A stretch of DNA of 35,472 nt, from IMG/VR virus record IMGVR_UViG_3300023181_000027, positions 1-35,472 of that record; one strand, given 5' to 3'. The position numbers were made by a program, and so were the translations under genes. The first letter of the stretch is position 1. Each line of letters opens with the position of its first letter. Below are positions 6,424 through 14,473 of the stretch, piece after piece. The stretch is from a virus. Lineage: Duplodnaviria; Heunggongvirae; Uroviricota; Caudoviricetes. The notes below the pieces were generated by a model. It saw only the letters and a program-made list of their open reading frames with translations. It was not told the origin of the DNA and did no database searches.

Positions 6424-6884
6424 TTCAGTTGTTTTAACACTTCTTCAAAACTTGTTTCTATAGTACCACCTGTATACTCAATTGCATGTACAATCATTAG
6501 ATTACGAGGAAGATCAAATTGTTCCACTATTGGAAATTGCTTACCAGCTCCGTATGATTTAGTAAGATTGTATAAGGTAGTCTCCTTAGTTGGTGTATAA
6601 CCATATATCCTTTTGTCTTTGGCATAAGCGTAGCCAATCTCAAATGCTGTGCCATCATCAACATTAGGACCTCTAAATGGCTCAATGTTAGCAATTAAGA
6701 TATCACACTTATCAATGAGTTTTGTATTAGCGTAGAAGATGTCTTCTGAACTAGTACTTTCATTATCAAAAGGTGAGATTGCACTATAACCATACTTAGC
6801 GCACAACACTTTTAGTTTTTCAAGATGCTCTTTGGCATCAACTCTGAACACATCTGGCCCAGCTAAATAAATTTTATCTTTCAT
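6420..6884 (-). CDS. nucleoside 2-deoxyribosyltransferase family protein
   Basis: KIYLAGP.VF, D..IANIEPFRG, D.GTAFEIGYAYA motifs. Confidence 0.9.
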   Translation of the reverse strand: MKDKIYLAGPDVFRVDAKEHLEKLKVLCAKYGYSAISPFDNESTSSEDIFYANTKLIDKCDILIANIEPFRGPNVDDGTAFEIGYAYAKDKRIYGYTPTKETTLYNLTKSYGAGKQFPIVEQFDLPRNLMIVHAIEYTGGTIETSFEEVLKQLK

Positions 6885-7315
6885 ACTCCTTCAAACTTCA
6901 TTTTAAATGTAGATACAACAGTTCTAACTCTTTCTTTATATTCTTCTGGTGTCACTGATAAATACGAGAGATCCCAAAGTTTATGTGCTGTAAAGAACTC
7001 TGCATACTTAGTCGATACTAAATGTAAGCCACAATGATATTGTGAATGGTGAGAGCCATCCATAGTTACAAAGTCTAGTTGTTCGTCATTCTCCCAGTGA
7101 GAGAATTGTACTGGTTCCATTCGACAAGTGAAAAGCCAATCACCCTTTGTCGGTATTCTCTTTATAGGTATATACCTCACGGTGTCTTCACTCAAACGCC
7201 TACGACGTCCGTCAGTTTTACGTTTAACGCGGTGAGTTAGCCAGGTCTCTCCGGTTTTGGTACGGATAGTCACCATACCTTTATTTCTGTTTAGTATTGT
7301 TAACTGTCTACTCAT
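6881..7315 (-). CDS. hypothetical protein
   Basis: 144-aa ORF with ATGA overlap. Confidence 0.7.
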   Translation of the reverse strand: MSRQLTILNRNKGMVTIRTKTGETWLTHRVKRKTDGRRRRLSEDTVRYIPIKRIPTKGDWLFTCRMEPVQFSHWENDEQLDFVTMDGSHHSQYHCGLHLVSTKYAEFFTAHKLWDLSYLSVTPEEYKERVRTVVSTFKMKFEGV

Positions 7316-7330
7316 ATCATCTTTTAATTG

Positions 7331-7410
7331 TGACCCTAACAGGACTCGAACCTGTAACCACTAGGGAACGGAGTTTAAGTCCGCAGCGTTTGCCTTTTCG
7401 CCATAGGGCC
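7331..7410 (-). tRNA. tRNA-Leu(TAA)
   Basis: GGCCCTA/TAGGGTC, GCGGA-CT-TAA-AC-TCCGT. Confidence 0.9.
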
Positions 7411-7433
7411 AATTAGGGCCGAAGCCCTTTTAT

Positions 7434-7649
7434 TTAGTCTTTAATCCAGAAGCGACCATCGCTTTCAGATGCACCGTAGTTTAGACCGTCTTGCTCTAAG
7501 CGTTCTTTCATAGCTTCGAATACAGGGCGAGTGTCTTCACTGATGCTGTCTCTTACAGAACTTACGTTTACTGCTTTTGTAGTTTTAATTGTCTCCATCA
7601 TTGTATCAACCCTACGGGATACTGTTTCATTTACATTTGTCATAATCAT
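7434..7649 (-). CDS. hypothetical protein
   Basis: ORF between tRNAs. Confidence 0.6.
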   Translation of the reverse strand: MIMTNVNETVSRRVDTMMETIKTTKAVNVSSVRDSISEDTRPVFEAMKERLEQDGLNYGASESDGRFWIKD

Positions 7650-7662
7650 TGTTTTTAAATTG

Positions 7663-7737
7663 TGGTGCGCCTGGACAGATTCGAACTGTCGATTTATCGG
7701 TTAAGAGCCGATTGCTTTACCACTCAGCTACAAGCGC
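7663..7737 (-). tRNA. tRNA-Lys(CTT)
   Basis: ATCGG-CT-CTT-AA-CCGAT, encoded CCA. Confidence 0.93.
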
Positions 7738-7743
7738 AAACTG

Positions 7744-7815
7744 TGTGCCCACTTGGACTCGAACCAAGAACCTACAGGGTAAAAACCTGTTGCTCTACCA
7801 TTAAGCTATGAGCAC
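7744..7815 (-). tRNA. tRNA-Lys(TTT)
   Basis: ACAGG-TT-TTT-AC-CCTGT. Confidence 0.92.
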
Positions 7816-7827
7816 ATTTGGCTACAG

Positions 7828-7956
7828 TTAATCTTCTGTAGCACTTTCTTCTATTTTTTCTTCTTGTTCAACATCTTTTCTCTGTTGATATGTGAAATTG
7901 CAACATGGCATCATGTGCATTATTCCCGGATTATCGTGGCAGTCACAGCTGCACAT
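7828..7956 (-). CDS. small Cys/His-rich protein (42 aa)
   Basis: MCSCDCHDNPGIMHMMPCC... fills the gap between an ORF and a tRNA. Confidence 0.5.
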   Translation of the reverse strand: MCSCDCHDNPGIMHMMPCCNFTYQQRKDVEQEEKIEESATED

Positions 7957-7966
7957 TTTTGTTTCA

Positions 7967-8251
7967 TCATTCATCTTCTACTTTCTTTAAACCACTAATA
8001 AAATCACCATAAGCTTGACCAGTCCAGGAGTTCTTACGTGAACCTTTCTTTTCGTGTGATTGTGCAACTAATGTCTTCTTTTCCCCATCTATTTTAAGTA
8101 TATACATTCTATACTTATTCTCCCCATCATCAGTACTCCAATGAGCGCCTTTAACTTTAGGTGTTGAGATCTCAATCTCCCATCCGTGTTTTAATCCGTA
8201 TACCCCTTTAACATAAGCTCCCATGAAGTCACAAAAGTCACTGTACTTCAT
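7967..8251 (-). CDS. hypothetical protein
   Basis: ORF only. Confidence 0.65.
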   Translation of the reverse strand: MKYSDFCDFMGAYVKGVYGLKHGWEIEISTPKVKGAHWSTDDGENKYRMYILKIDGEKKTLVAQSHEKKGSRKNSWTGQAYGDFISGLKKVEDE

Positions 8252-8252
8252 T

Positions 8253-8327
8253 TGGTTGGGAGAGAGGGAATTGAACCCTCGACCTACGCCTTATCAGAGC
8301 GTTGCTCTACCTCTGAGCTACCTCCCA
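8253..8327 (-). tRNA. tRNA-Ile(GAT)
   Basis: ACGCT-CT-GAT-AA-GGCGT, encoded CCA. Confidence 0.93.
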
Positions 8328-8332
8328 ATCTG

Positions 8333-8539
8333 TTATTCCTCTAACCAATGTGTTACCCTTTGATTTCTAACTTCCCAACTAGCATATGGTTGAAATGTAT
8401 CTGGATCCTTATGGATAGTTACACTAGATTCCATTCTAGCTGTTAGTTTATGTTTGGGCATCATTGGGTGAGGACGTTCTGTCTTTACGATATACTTACC
8501 AGTCTTAGGTAAGCGTTCATCAATGTCAATCCATTTCAT
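8333..8539 (-). CDS. DUF551-like phage protein
   Basis: MKWIDIDERLP...VTHW pattern. Confidence 0.65.
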   Translation of the reverse strand: MKWIDIDERLPKTGKYIVKTERPHPMMPKHKLTARMESSVTIHKDPDTFQPYASWEVRNQRVTHWLEE

Positions 8540-8552
8540 ATATCTTTTATTA

Positions 8553-8646
8553 TGGGGTGTTAGGTGGGCGACGACCCCACGTTGTCTCTAAAGCGTTTCT
8601 CCAGTTTCACAGACTGGCCCCGAACACCTCCACGGGTTGCTAACAC
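8553..8646 (-). tRNA. atypical tRNA-His(GTG)
   Basis: CCAGT-CT-GTG-AA-ACTGG, C73-CCA; 20-nt variable region, T-loop GTCGTCG, no encoded G-1. Confidence 0.75.
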
Positions 8647-8648
8647 AG

Positions 8649-8721
8649 TTGAGAGCAAGAGACTCGAACTCTTGATAACTGGTATGTAAAACCAGCGCTT
8701 TAGCCACTAAGCTAGCCCTCA
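8649..8721 (-). tRNA. tRNA-Val(TAC)
   Basis: CTGGT-TT-TAC-AT-ACCAG. Confidence 0.9.
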
Positions 8722-8726
8722 ATATG

Positions 8727-8798
8727 TCGCGAACGTACGACTCGAACGTCAACTCCTAGATCCAAACTAGGTATGTTACCAATTACAACACGCTCGCG
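8727..8798 (-). tRNA. tRNA-Pro(TGG)
   Basis: C1-G72, A73, CCTAG-TT-TGG-AT-CTAGG; bulged T-stem. Confidence 0.82.
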
Positions 8799-8799
8799 A

Positions 8800-9231
8800 T
8801 TATTTTAAATCTTTGTACCAATTGAACTGCTTTGCAGTTCTTAATCGATGACAGTTGGCACATCTGATATCGCATTTATCTATTTCATTTTGAATACTCT
8901 CTATTGATCTATGAGTGGCATTGGATATATTAAACGATTTTACTATACTATCTTTATGATCAAACTCTAATACTATGGGATTAGTTTCACCACAATCTAT
9001 ACAGGGATTTAATTTGAGATAGTCATAAATGTACTGTCTTGCTTGAATACGTCTTAATTTAATCCCGATCAGTTTACCTTCTTTAGAAGCATTAGTTACC
9101 TTCTCCCAATATTTCTTATCGTAACTTCTCTGACATTCTCTACATCTAGCCTGTAATCCATCAGGACGATTCTTATTCTTATTAAAATCGGAGTAGTCCT
9201 TTTCTTCTTTACAATGATTGCATACTTTCAT
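8800..9231 (-). CDS. HNH endonuclease with N-terminal Zn-ribbon
   Basis: CNHC...RCREC; CIDCGE...LEFDH...CDIRCANCHR. Confidence 0.85.
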   Translation of the reverse strand: MKVCNHCKEEKDYSDFNKNKNRPDGLQARCRECQRSYDKKYWEKVTNASKEGKLIGIKLRRIQARQYIYDYLKLNPCIDCGETNPIVLEFDHKDSIVKSFNISNATHRSIESIQNEIDKCDIRCANCHRLRTAKQFNWYKDLK

Positions 9232-9235
9232 AATA

Positions 9236-9243
9236 CAAAGATA
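9236..9243 (-). promoter_or_regulatory. Bacteroidota-type -7 promoter box
   Basis: TATCTTTG a few nt before the HNH start codon; no clear -33 TTTG. Confidence 0.55.
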
Positions 9244-9280
9244 AGTAAAAAAAGTCGAATTAACTAACTACTCCGATTCC

Positions 9281-10561
9281 TTATAAGTCTCCTATTTCTT
9301 TCATTTCTTCTTCATCGAACATTTCTTCTTCTGGATCTTCACCATCTCTCTTTTTAAGAGCGGCAATGATTTCAGCTTTACTGTTCTTTAATTTATCCCG
9401 CATTATTTGCTTAACCACCCATCTAAACGCCTCACCAATCGCTTGTTCTCTGTAACCTAAGTCCATCATATCAAACGAATCAACAGCTAACTCTTTCAAG
9501 GTTTTAGGATATAAACCGGCATTAAACTGGTTTACCACGCCACTTCTTAATTTAGAATAATGATCATGTATGTCCGTATGTTTAAAGAATGGAGATGTAA
9601 GCATCTCAGGATAAAGTCTAAGATTCTCGAACAATTTCACCCTAGCTACCCAAGGGGACCATACATTAATAGCTTGTAGTGCTTTTAATCTTCTAGTAGT
9701 AGTACTATCAACTTTCAATTGCTCAGCGATATGCTTACCTTGCCAGTAAGCTCCACGAGTAGCAACCCAAATAAGTTGAGCAAAATCATCAATAGGTGGT
9801 TGCTTTTTTAGTTGCTCTACAGTGATGTGTGAACCGTAACCGTTATCATATCTGAACACTGGCGTCCACATATCCATTCTGATTATTAACTCCAAGCCTC
9901 TGTTAGCTACACCTTTATCCACCATCTTCTGTAACTCAATAGTAACCCTCTCAGCAGAGATCTTCTCCAGTTTAGCTTTATGCTTTCTAATGAGGGCAAT
10001 CATTGGTGTATCGATAGTAAAATCAAAGCGGGCAGCAAATTGTACAGCTCTCAATATACGTAATGGATCATCAACGAAGGCCGCATCACTCACACTCTTT
10101 ATAAGCCTAGACTTTATATCAGCTTGCCCTTTGAAGGGATCGTGAATAATTATTCCACCAAACCAAGGAATCTCAACAGCAATAGCGTTCATGGTAAAAT
10201 CCCTTCTTGCAAGATCTTCTTTGATGCTCATAAATGGATCCACTATTATTTCAAAGTCAGTGTGCTTACCACCTTCTTTCTTCACGTCTTTACGAGGGAT
10301 TGCGATATCAATCTCTTCCCCTCCTTTAGCTTTAAACTTTATTATACCAAACGATTTACCAACTTGATCAACTTTACCAAAGTTACTAAGTAATGTAATT
10401 AACTTATCTAGTTCAATGTTTGCTATCAAGATATCCAAATCTTTAGATTCCTCCCCTAGGAAGTGATCCCTTACAGCGCCACCAACACAGTATACTTTAG
10501 CTTTTTCAACTTGTAAACTGTCGAAGAATGGCAGCCCTCTTACTTTTTCTATACACTTCAT
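9281..10561 (-). CDS. cca: CCA-adding tRNA nucleotidyltransferase (class II)
   Basis: VGGAVRD..DLDI, DLARRDFTMNAIA, DDPLRILRA..FAARF, ERV..EL motifs; start set at MKCIEK. Confidence 0.92.
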   Translation of the reverse strand: MKCIEKVRGLPFFDSLQVEKAKVYCVGGAVRDHFLGEESKDLDILIANIELDKLITLLSNFGKVDQVGKSFGIIKFKAKGGEEIDIAIPRKDVKKEGGKHTDFEIIVDPFMSIKEDLARRDFTMNAIAVEIPWFGGIIIHDPFKGQADIKSRLIKSVSDAAFVDDPLRILRAVQFAARFDFTIDTPMIALIRKHKAKLEKISAERVTIELQKMVDKGVANRGLELIIRMDMWTPVFRYDNGYGSHITVEQLKKQPPIDDFAQLIWVATRGAYWQGKHIAEQLKVDSTTTRRLKALQAINVWSPWVARVKLFENLRLYPEMLTSPFFKHTDIHDHYSKLRSGVVNQFNAGLYPKTLKELAVDSFDMMDLGYREQAIGEAFRWVVKQIMRDKLKNSKAEIIAALKKRDGEDPEEEMFDEEEMKEIGDL

Positions 10562-10764
10562 TTGCAATGACAATCTGTTATGCTGTAACCACAGTAACCA
10601 AAACATCTAAATGGACGATGACAGAATAAACTCTCGCCTTCACCGTCATGATTCACATGTTCTTGTCCAGTGGTTAGCCAGCGTTTAAATATTAACCTTC
10701 TATTAAAATAGACGAACAGTTGATTATGTACTATCTCCTTTGTGATCATGACATTAATCTCCAA
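10558..10764 (-). CDS. hypothetical protein
   Basis: ORF only. Confidence 0.55.
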   Translation of the reverse strand: MEINVMITKEIVHNQLFVYFNRRLIFKRWLTTGQEHVNHDGEGESLFCHRPFRCFGYCGYSITDCHCK

Positions 10765-10827
10765 ATATCTCTAAAATACAAACTAAAAGTTCACCTATAA
10801 ACTCTATGATGTCTCCGACATACTCTT

Positions 10828-11052
10828 TTAATCTTTCCATTGTGTTTTTCTATTATGTTTCCACGTTCTGTAACTTCTTCTTTGATAAGGGTACAAGCCT
10901 TTACGTTTGTAGTATCCTACAAAGCCTCTACGAGCAGTGTTGATTAAGAAGTGACAACTATCATCCCATGGATCAACCCATTTCATCCCGCGTGTGTACT
11001 CTCTTCTATCTGTCGTTATTAATAAGTTTCTACTGTGCTTTCCTGTTTTCAT
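10828..11052 (-). CDS. hypothetical basic protein
   Basis: ORF ending RSYRTWKHNRKTQWK. Confidence 0.6.
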   Translation of the reverse strand: MKTGKHSRNLLITTDRREYTRGMKWVDPWDDSCHFLINTARRGFVGYYKRKGLYPYQRRSYRTWKHNRKTQWKD

Positions 11053-11068
11053 TATGTTGTGTGTTTAT

Positions 11069-11350
11069 TCACAACATATCATTTCCCTTTTTCATTTGTT
11101 TATAGATTTTGATTTCTTGTTCGACAAAACTCCGCATCTTATCAAACCTCCATCCAGTGGGATGCATCGCCCAATAGTTTGATTTAAGTACAACAGCTGA
11201 TGGTGTGATATGATGGTATTCATCTACACACTTATGTGTATACCATTTAACAGCATCTTCAGTCCACTTAAAGCGCTTCTCAGTGTCTGACCACTCATAA
11301 CTATTTAAGTTGTTGGCTGATAACAACATATCTCTTACTCTTTCATTCAT
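11069..11350 (-). CDS. hypothetical protein
   Basis: Start moved to MNERV because the upstream extension is tRNA-Gly. Confidence 0.6.
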   Translation of the reverse strand: MNERVRDMLLSANNLNSYEWSDTEKRFKWTEDAVKWYTHKCVDEYHHITPSAVVLKSNYWAMHPTGWRFDKMRSFVEQEIKIYKQMKKGNDML

Positions 11351-11352
11351 AG

Positions 11353-11424
11353 AGCGCACGGAGAATTTCGAAATCTCGACCCGATGTTTGGAAAACACCT
11401 ACTCTGCCTCTGAGCTACGCACGC
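11353..11424 (-). tRNA. tRNA-Gly(TCC)
   Basis: GGTGT-TT-TCC-AA-ACATC, U73; T-stem with a mismatch. Confidence 0.8.
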
Positions 11425-11439
11425 TTATAGTTTTTATTG

Positions 11440-11511
11440 AGCAGGTAGAGAGAATCGAACTCTCATCTCAGACTTGGCAAGCCCGTGCACTAACCGTTGT
11501 GCTATACCTGC
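11440..11511 (-). tRNA. tRNA-Gly(GCC)
   Basis: CGGGC-TT-GCC-AA-GTCTG, U73. Confidence 0.92.
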
Positions 11512-11516
11512 TTGTG

Positions 11517-11588
11517 AGGGGTAGCCTGGACTCGAACCAGGAACCGACACGTTAACAGCGTGTTACTCTACCATTGAGCTAATACCCC
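11517..11588 (-). tRNA. tRNA-Asn(GTT)
   Basis: ACACG-CT-GTT-AA-CGTGT. Confidence 0.9.
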
Positions 11589-11809
11589 TTATCTTTTTTC
11601 TTTTTAGTTTTCCTATCTGCTGACCACATAAGGTATGCTGCTGTAGCAATTAAGCCGATCACACCGAATATATAGGTCATATGTACCACCGTATCGAGTA
11701 AATGTTGTATCATAGGTGTTTCATCATACAAACCTATAGGGAAGGTTACACCTATTGCAGCTATGTAATAACATAATCCTCCTAGCACTCTTTTTTGTAT
11801 CTTAGTCAT
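11579..11809 (-). CDS. small two-TM membrane protein
   Basis: Two hydrophobic segments; TAG stop lies inside the tRNA-Asn 5' end. Confidence 0.6.
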   Translation of the reverse strand: MTKIQKRVLGGLCYYIAAIGVTFPIGLYDETPMIQHLLDTVVHMTYIFGVIGLIATAAYLMWSADRKTKKKKDKGY

Positions 11810-11893
11810 TTTCTTTATTTTAATCTTCCACGCCTTCAAACACAGGCTTCTTTACTTCTTGTTCGTCGTCTGGTTCGTTGTCCCACATAATAG

Positions 11894-11925
11894 AAAAGGC
11901 GCAGTACTGTTTAAGTATGCGCCTT
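11894..11925 (-). terminator. intrinsic terminator
   Basis: AGGCGCA-TACT..AGTA-C-TGCGCCT followed by TTT. Confidence 0.65.
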
Positions 11926-11966
11926 ATAGTATAAATTAAAAATAGTGAGCCTGGTCCATGATAGAC

Positions 11967-12179
11967 TTACTCGGTAGGTACAATCGTTCGATTTCCCACG
12001 TACACCATTTGACCATTAACAACTTCGAAGTTATATAGACATACCGGTGCATTACTATTCTCAGCTTTTATACTGTAGTACGCATATAAGGGGCCGTTGC
12101 TATTAAAGCTCAACCCACTATGGCCGACGCTAATCGACACATTCTTAAGTGATCCCGGTTTGTTAATATTCTTATTCAT
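11967..12179 (-). CDS. hypothetical protein
   Basis: Likely start MNKNINK overlapping the PTH2-like stop. Confidence 0.45.
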   Translation of the reverse strand: MNKNINKPGSLKNVSISVGHSGLSFNSNGPLYAYYSIKAENSNAPVCLYNFEVVNGQMVYVGNRTIVPTE

Positions 12180-12522
12180 TGTCTTTGTCTTTTGTACCAA
12201 CAACTCTGTTGGCAAGTGGTAATTCTTTTGTCAATTGATCCGCTAATTTATGCGGTTGGATAGCTATTGCAGTCACTTCTTTCACATCCTCTTCGTAAAA
12301 ACTGGCAAACTTGACACCTAAATTATCCAGGGCTTTCATCAGCCCCTCAAGCGAGTCCTTGTCGGTAGTTGCGAGTGATATCAAATATCTTCCAAACAAT
12401 CTCCATTTGATGAAGCGGATGGGATATCGAATTGCAAAATCAGCAACTGCATGTGCTGTTTGTACTGTTTGATAACCAGAAGATAAATCTTGTCTAGTTA
12501 CTGTTATTAATCGTTTTGACAT
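12172..12522 (-). CDS. peptidyl-tRNA hydrolase PTH2-like protein
   Basis: RQDLSSGYQTVQTAHAVADF...F.EED...TAIAI.P pattern. Confidence 0.68.
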   Translation of the reverse strand: MSKRLITVTRQDLSSGYQTVQTAHAVADFAIRYPIRFIKWRLFGRYLISLATTDKDSLEGLMKALDNLGVKFASFYEEDVKEVTAIAIQPHKLADQLTKELPLANRVVGTKDKDNE

Positions 12523-12797
12523 GTGTTTTCAATCTTATAGAGTTCTACTATTTGTTCGACCACTCTCATGTCAATCGGAGTGTGTGGGTTTTGTTCTACA
12601 ACTTCTGGTTCAATTCCTCTTATAAGAGCATATGCCATGTTTAAATTGCGGAGAGTCTCCCTGTTCATTTTGTGTGTTCTACGTGCTTCTTGTGGCGTAA
12701 GAGTTCTTGTGCCAGTATAGTAAATAGTTTTACGTTGTAGCTTTATGCCTAACTGCTTAGAAGCTAAGTCTTTGATTTTGTCTTTTAAAGTATTCAT
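12507..12797 (-). CDS. hypothetical phage protein preceding the PTH2-like gene
   Basis: KIK.LA..Q..IK.QRKT...LNMAYALIRG pattern. Confidence 0.7.
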   Translation of the reverse strand: MNTLKDKIKDLASKQLGIKLQRKTIYYTGTRTLTPQEARRTHKMNRETLRNLNMAYALIRGIEPEVVEQNPHTPIDMRVVEQIVELYKIENTCQND

Positions 12798-12847
12798 TGG
12801 GTGTAGTATTTAATAATGTGCATCTCATATTCTGTTTTGCTCCATCA

Positions 12848-12946
12848 TTAAGGTGACCCTCTTACTCTAATCTAACCAAATACAGGTAATCCTCTTGTAG
12901 GACAACCACTGGAGCCTACTCCAAGTAACATAATGTCTTTTCTCAT
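12848..12946 (-). promoter_or_regulatory. leader uORF with in-frame TAG
   Basis: MRKDIMLLGVGSSGCPTRGLPVFG-TAG-IRVRGSP-TAA, followed by two overlapping mini-ORFs leading to the 12797 start. Confidence 0.35.
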
Positions 12947-12957
12947 TGTTTTCGTTT

Positions 12958-13098
12958 TTACGGTTCGTAAATAATTGATCTTCTTATGTCATGTTCATCG
13001 ATAAACTTATCGAACTCATCTTTGAGCCATTGTCTATGCTCTTCATCGCCATGTTCTACGCTTTTAAATAGTAGATCGAACATTTCTTCGACACTCAT
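12958..13098 (-). CDS. small hypothetical protein (46 aa)
   Basis: MSVEEMFDLLFKSVEHGDEEHRQWLK... Confidence 0.55.
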   Translation of the reverse strand: MSVEEMFDLLFKSVEHGDEEHRQWLKDEFDKFIDEHDIRRSIIYEP

Positions 13099-13220
13099 AA
13101 CATCTTTATTAAATGCTGCATTTGTTCTTCAGCTTTTTCACGTGTTGCAAAGGTAATATTCTGATTTGACAATATCAAATTTAAAACATTAAGCGCTGCA
13201 ATAATTTGGTTTTTATCCAT
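13095..13220 (-). CDS. small hypothetical protein (41 aa)
   Basis: MDKNQIIAALNVLNL..., ATGA-coupled to the next ORF. Confidence 0.5.
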   Translation of the reverse strand: MDKNQIIAALNVLNLILSNQNITFATREKAEEQMQHLIKML

Positions 13221-13222
13221 TG

Positions 13223-13296
13223 AGCATTCAAACGGCCTCGAACCGATAACCTCCGCGTTACAAAGGCGGTGCTCTACCTACTTGAGCTATGAATGC
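13223..13296 (-). tRNA. tRNA-Thr(TGT)
   Basis: CCGCC-TT-TGT-AA-CGCGG. Confidence 0.9.
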
Positions 13297-13356
13297 GGGA
13301 GGAGCCTATAGTTTAACGTCTTGGCTCCGTAAATGGACGTTCCGTTTCCGAACAGA

Positions 13357-13629
13357 TTAATCTTTATAAGTTAGGTTACTAAATGTTTTCCCATCACTAG
13401 TCATGATGTAATTGCCTTGTCCCTTATATAAAGGAATTATACAGCTACCGGCTTCATAAATGACAAAACAATAAACCTTTGGTTTAACATCGTCATCATA
13501 ATCTCTTATCAAATGATCCCAACCCTCGTTGTGTTCAGTGACAGTAGAGTATTCACTTCCAATAATTTCATTGTGCTCTGAATACTGATTCTTCTCGTGC
13601 TCTTTAAAGAGCTTTCTCAAAATAAACAT
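13357..13629 (-). CDS. hypothetical protein
   Basis: ORF only. Confidence 0.65.
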   Translation of the reverse strand: MFILRKLFKEHEKNQYSEHNEIIGSEYSTVTEHNEGWDHLIRDYDDDVKPKVYCFVIYEAGSCIIPLYKGQGNYIMTSDGKTFSNLTYKD

Positions 13630-13724
13630 GTGTGTATGTGTATATTACAGCTACATTGCTGTAGTCGAACACTGGATCATGAATCCGCACAACACTTCCT
13701 AGTTAGTTTGTGGTGCTCGATATG

Positions 13725-13797
13725 TCGCGTATGGCAGGATCGAACTGCCGTCTCTACCTTATGAGAGTAGCGTACTAGCCGACTATACGAATACGCA
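13725..13797 (-). tRNA. tRNA with CAT anticodon (elongator Met or Ile2)
   Basis: CTACT-CT-CAT-AA-GGTAG; identity cannot be resolved by eye. Confidence 0.85.
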
Positions 13798-13909
13798 TTG
13801 ATTTAAGCCGCTGCAGCGGCACCTTCATTTATTGTAATCCTCTATCCTGTAACAGTTGGACATATGCCTTTACGGTCTGCCCTGGAGCAATAGATTCTTA
13901 GAAGGTTAG

Positions 13910-13982
13910 AAGCGGATGCAAGATTCGAACTTGCGACCTGAAGCTTATGAAACTTCCGAGCTGACCTCTGCTCTAATCCGCA
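13910..13982 (-). tRNA. tRNA-fMet(CAT)-like
   Basis: 1:72 mismatch, A11-U24 D-stem GAGC/GCTC, GAAGT-TT-CAT-AA-GCTTC. Confidence 0.82.
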
Positions 13983-14470
13983 TTATATTTTACGATATGA
14001 TAACCATGATTAGTTAAAACTAGTTTACAGTGTTCAATATATTCATCCAACGTCATAGATGACTTTGATTGATTTGCTATTACTGTAGTGATACCTAAAT
14101 TACCTATAGCATTATCTCCACCTTGAGAGACTGGATTAATGTGATCAAAATGATAAACATCATTCACTAAATCTATTTCGACTCCTGTCAAATAACATTT
14201 AGTTTTCAATTCGGGATATTTAGTCTTTAGACTTTCAGTAGTAATGTTATCTACAACATATCCTCCCCGTTTATTGAAACGCTTTATTTTACCATAAAGT
14301 CGTTTATACTTTAAAGTATCACCTTCACTATGCGTCTTTTTAAGATTCTCTCGTATCTTCTCACTGGTATGATAAAGAACTCCAGACTTAGATAAGCCTG
14401 TAATGTTCATTATCTCCTTTATACTTTTACCATCTTGTTTCAGTTTGCTTATGATTTCTGTCTTACTCAT
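13973..14470 (-). CDS. HNH endonuclease with N-terminal HTH
   Basis: KSIKEI..ITGLSKS.V.YH HTH; CYLTG...HFDHI.P.S.GG.N...NL.......NQSK. Confidence 0.85.
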   Translation of the reverse strand: MSKTEIISKLKQDGKSIKEIMNITGLSKSGVLYHTSEKIRENLKKTHSEGDTLKYKRLYGKIKRFNKRGGYVVDNITTESLKTKYPELKTKCYLTGVEIDLVNDVYHFDHINPVSQGGDNAIGNLGITTVIANQSKSSMTLDEYIEHCKLVLTNHGYHIVKYNAD

Positions 14471-14473
14471 AAG

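Noticed and set aside
7415-7432. GGGC-TTCG-GCCC hairpin as a minus-strand terminator
   Set aside because: There is no U-tract on the minus strand (the T-run is on the plus strand). It is more likely a processing or stability hairpin.
13840-13890. c-di-GMP-I riboswitch or SRP helix 8 (CAGGGCAGACC-GTAA)
   Set aside because: Downstream consensus elements (GACGCAAAGC and tetraloop receptor, or AGCAG) are absent.
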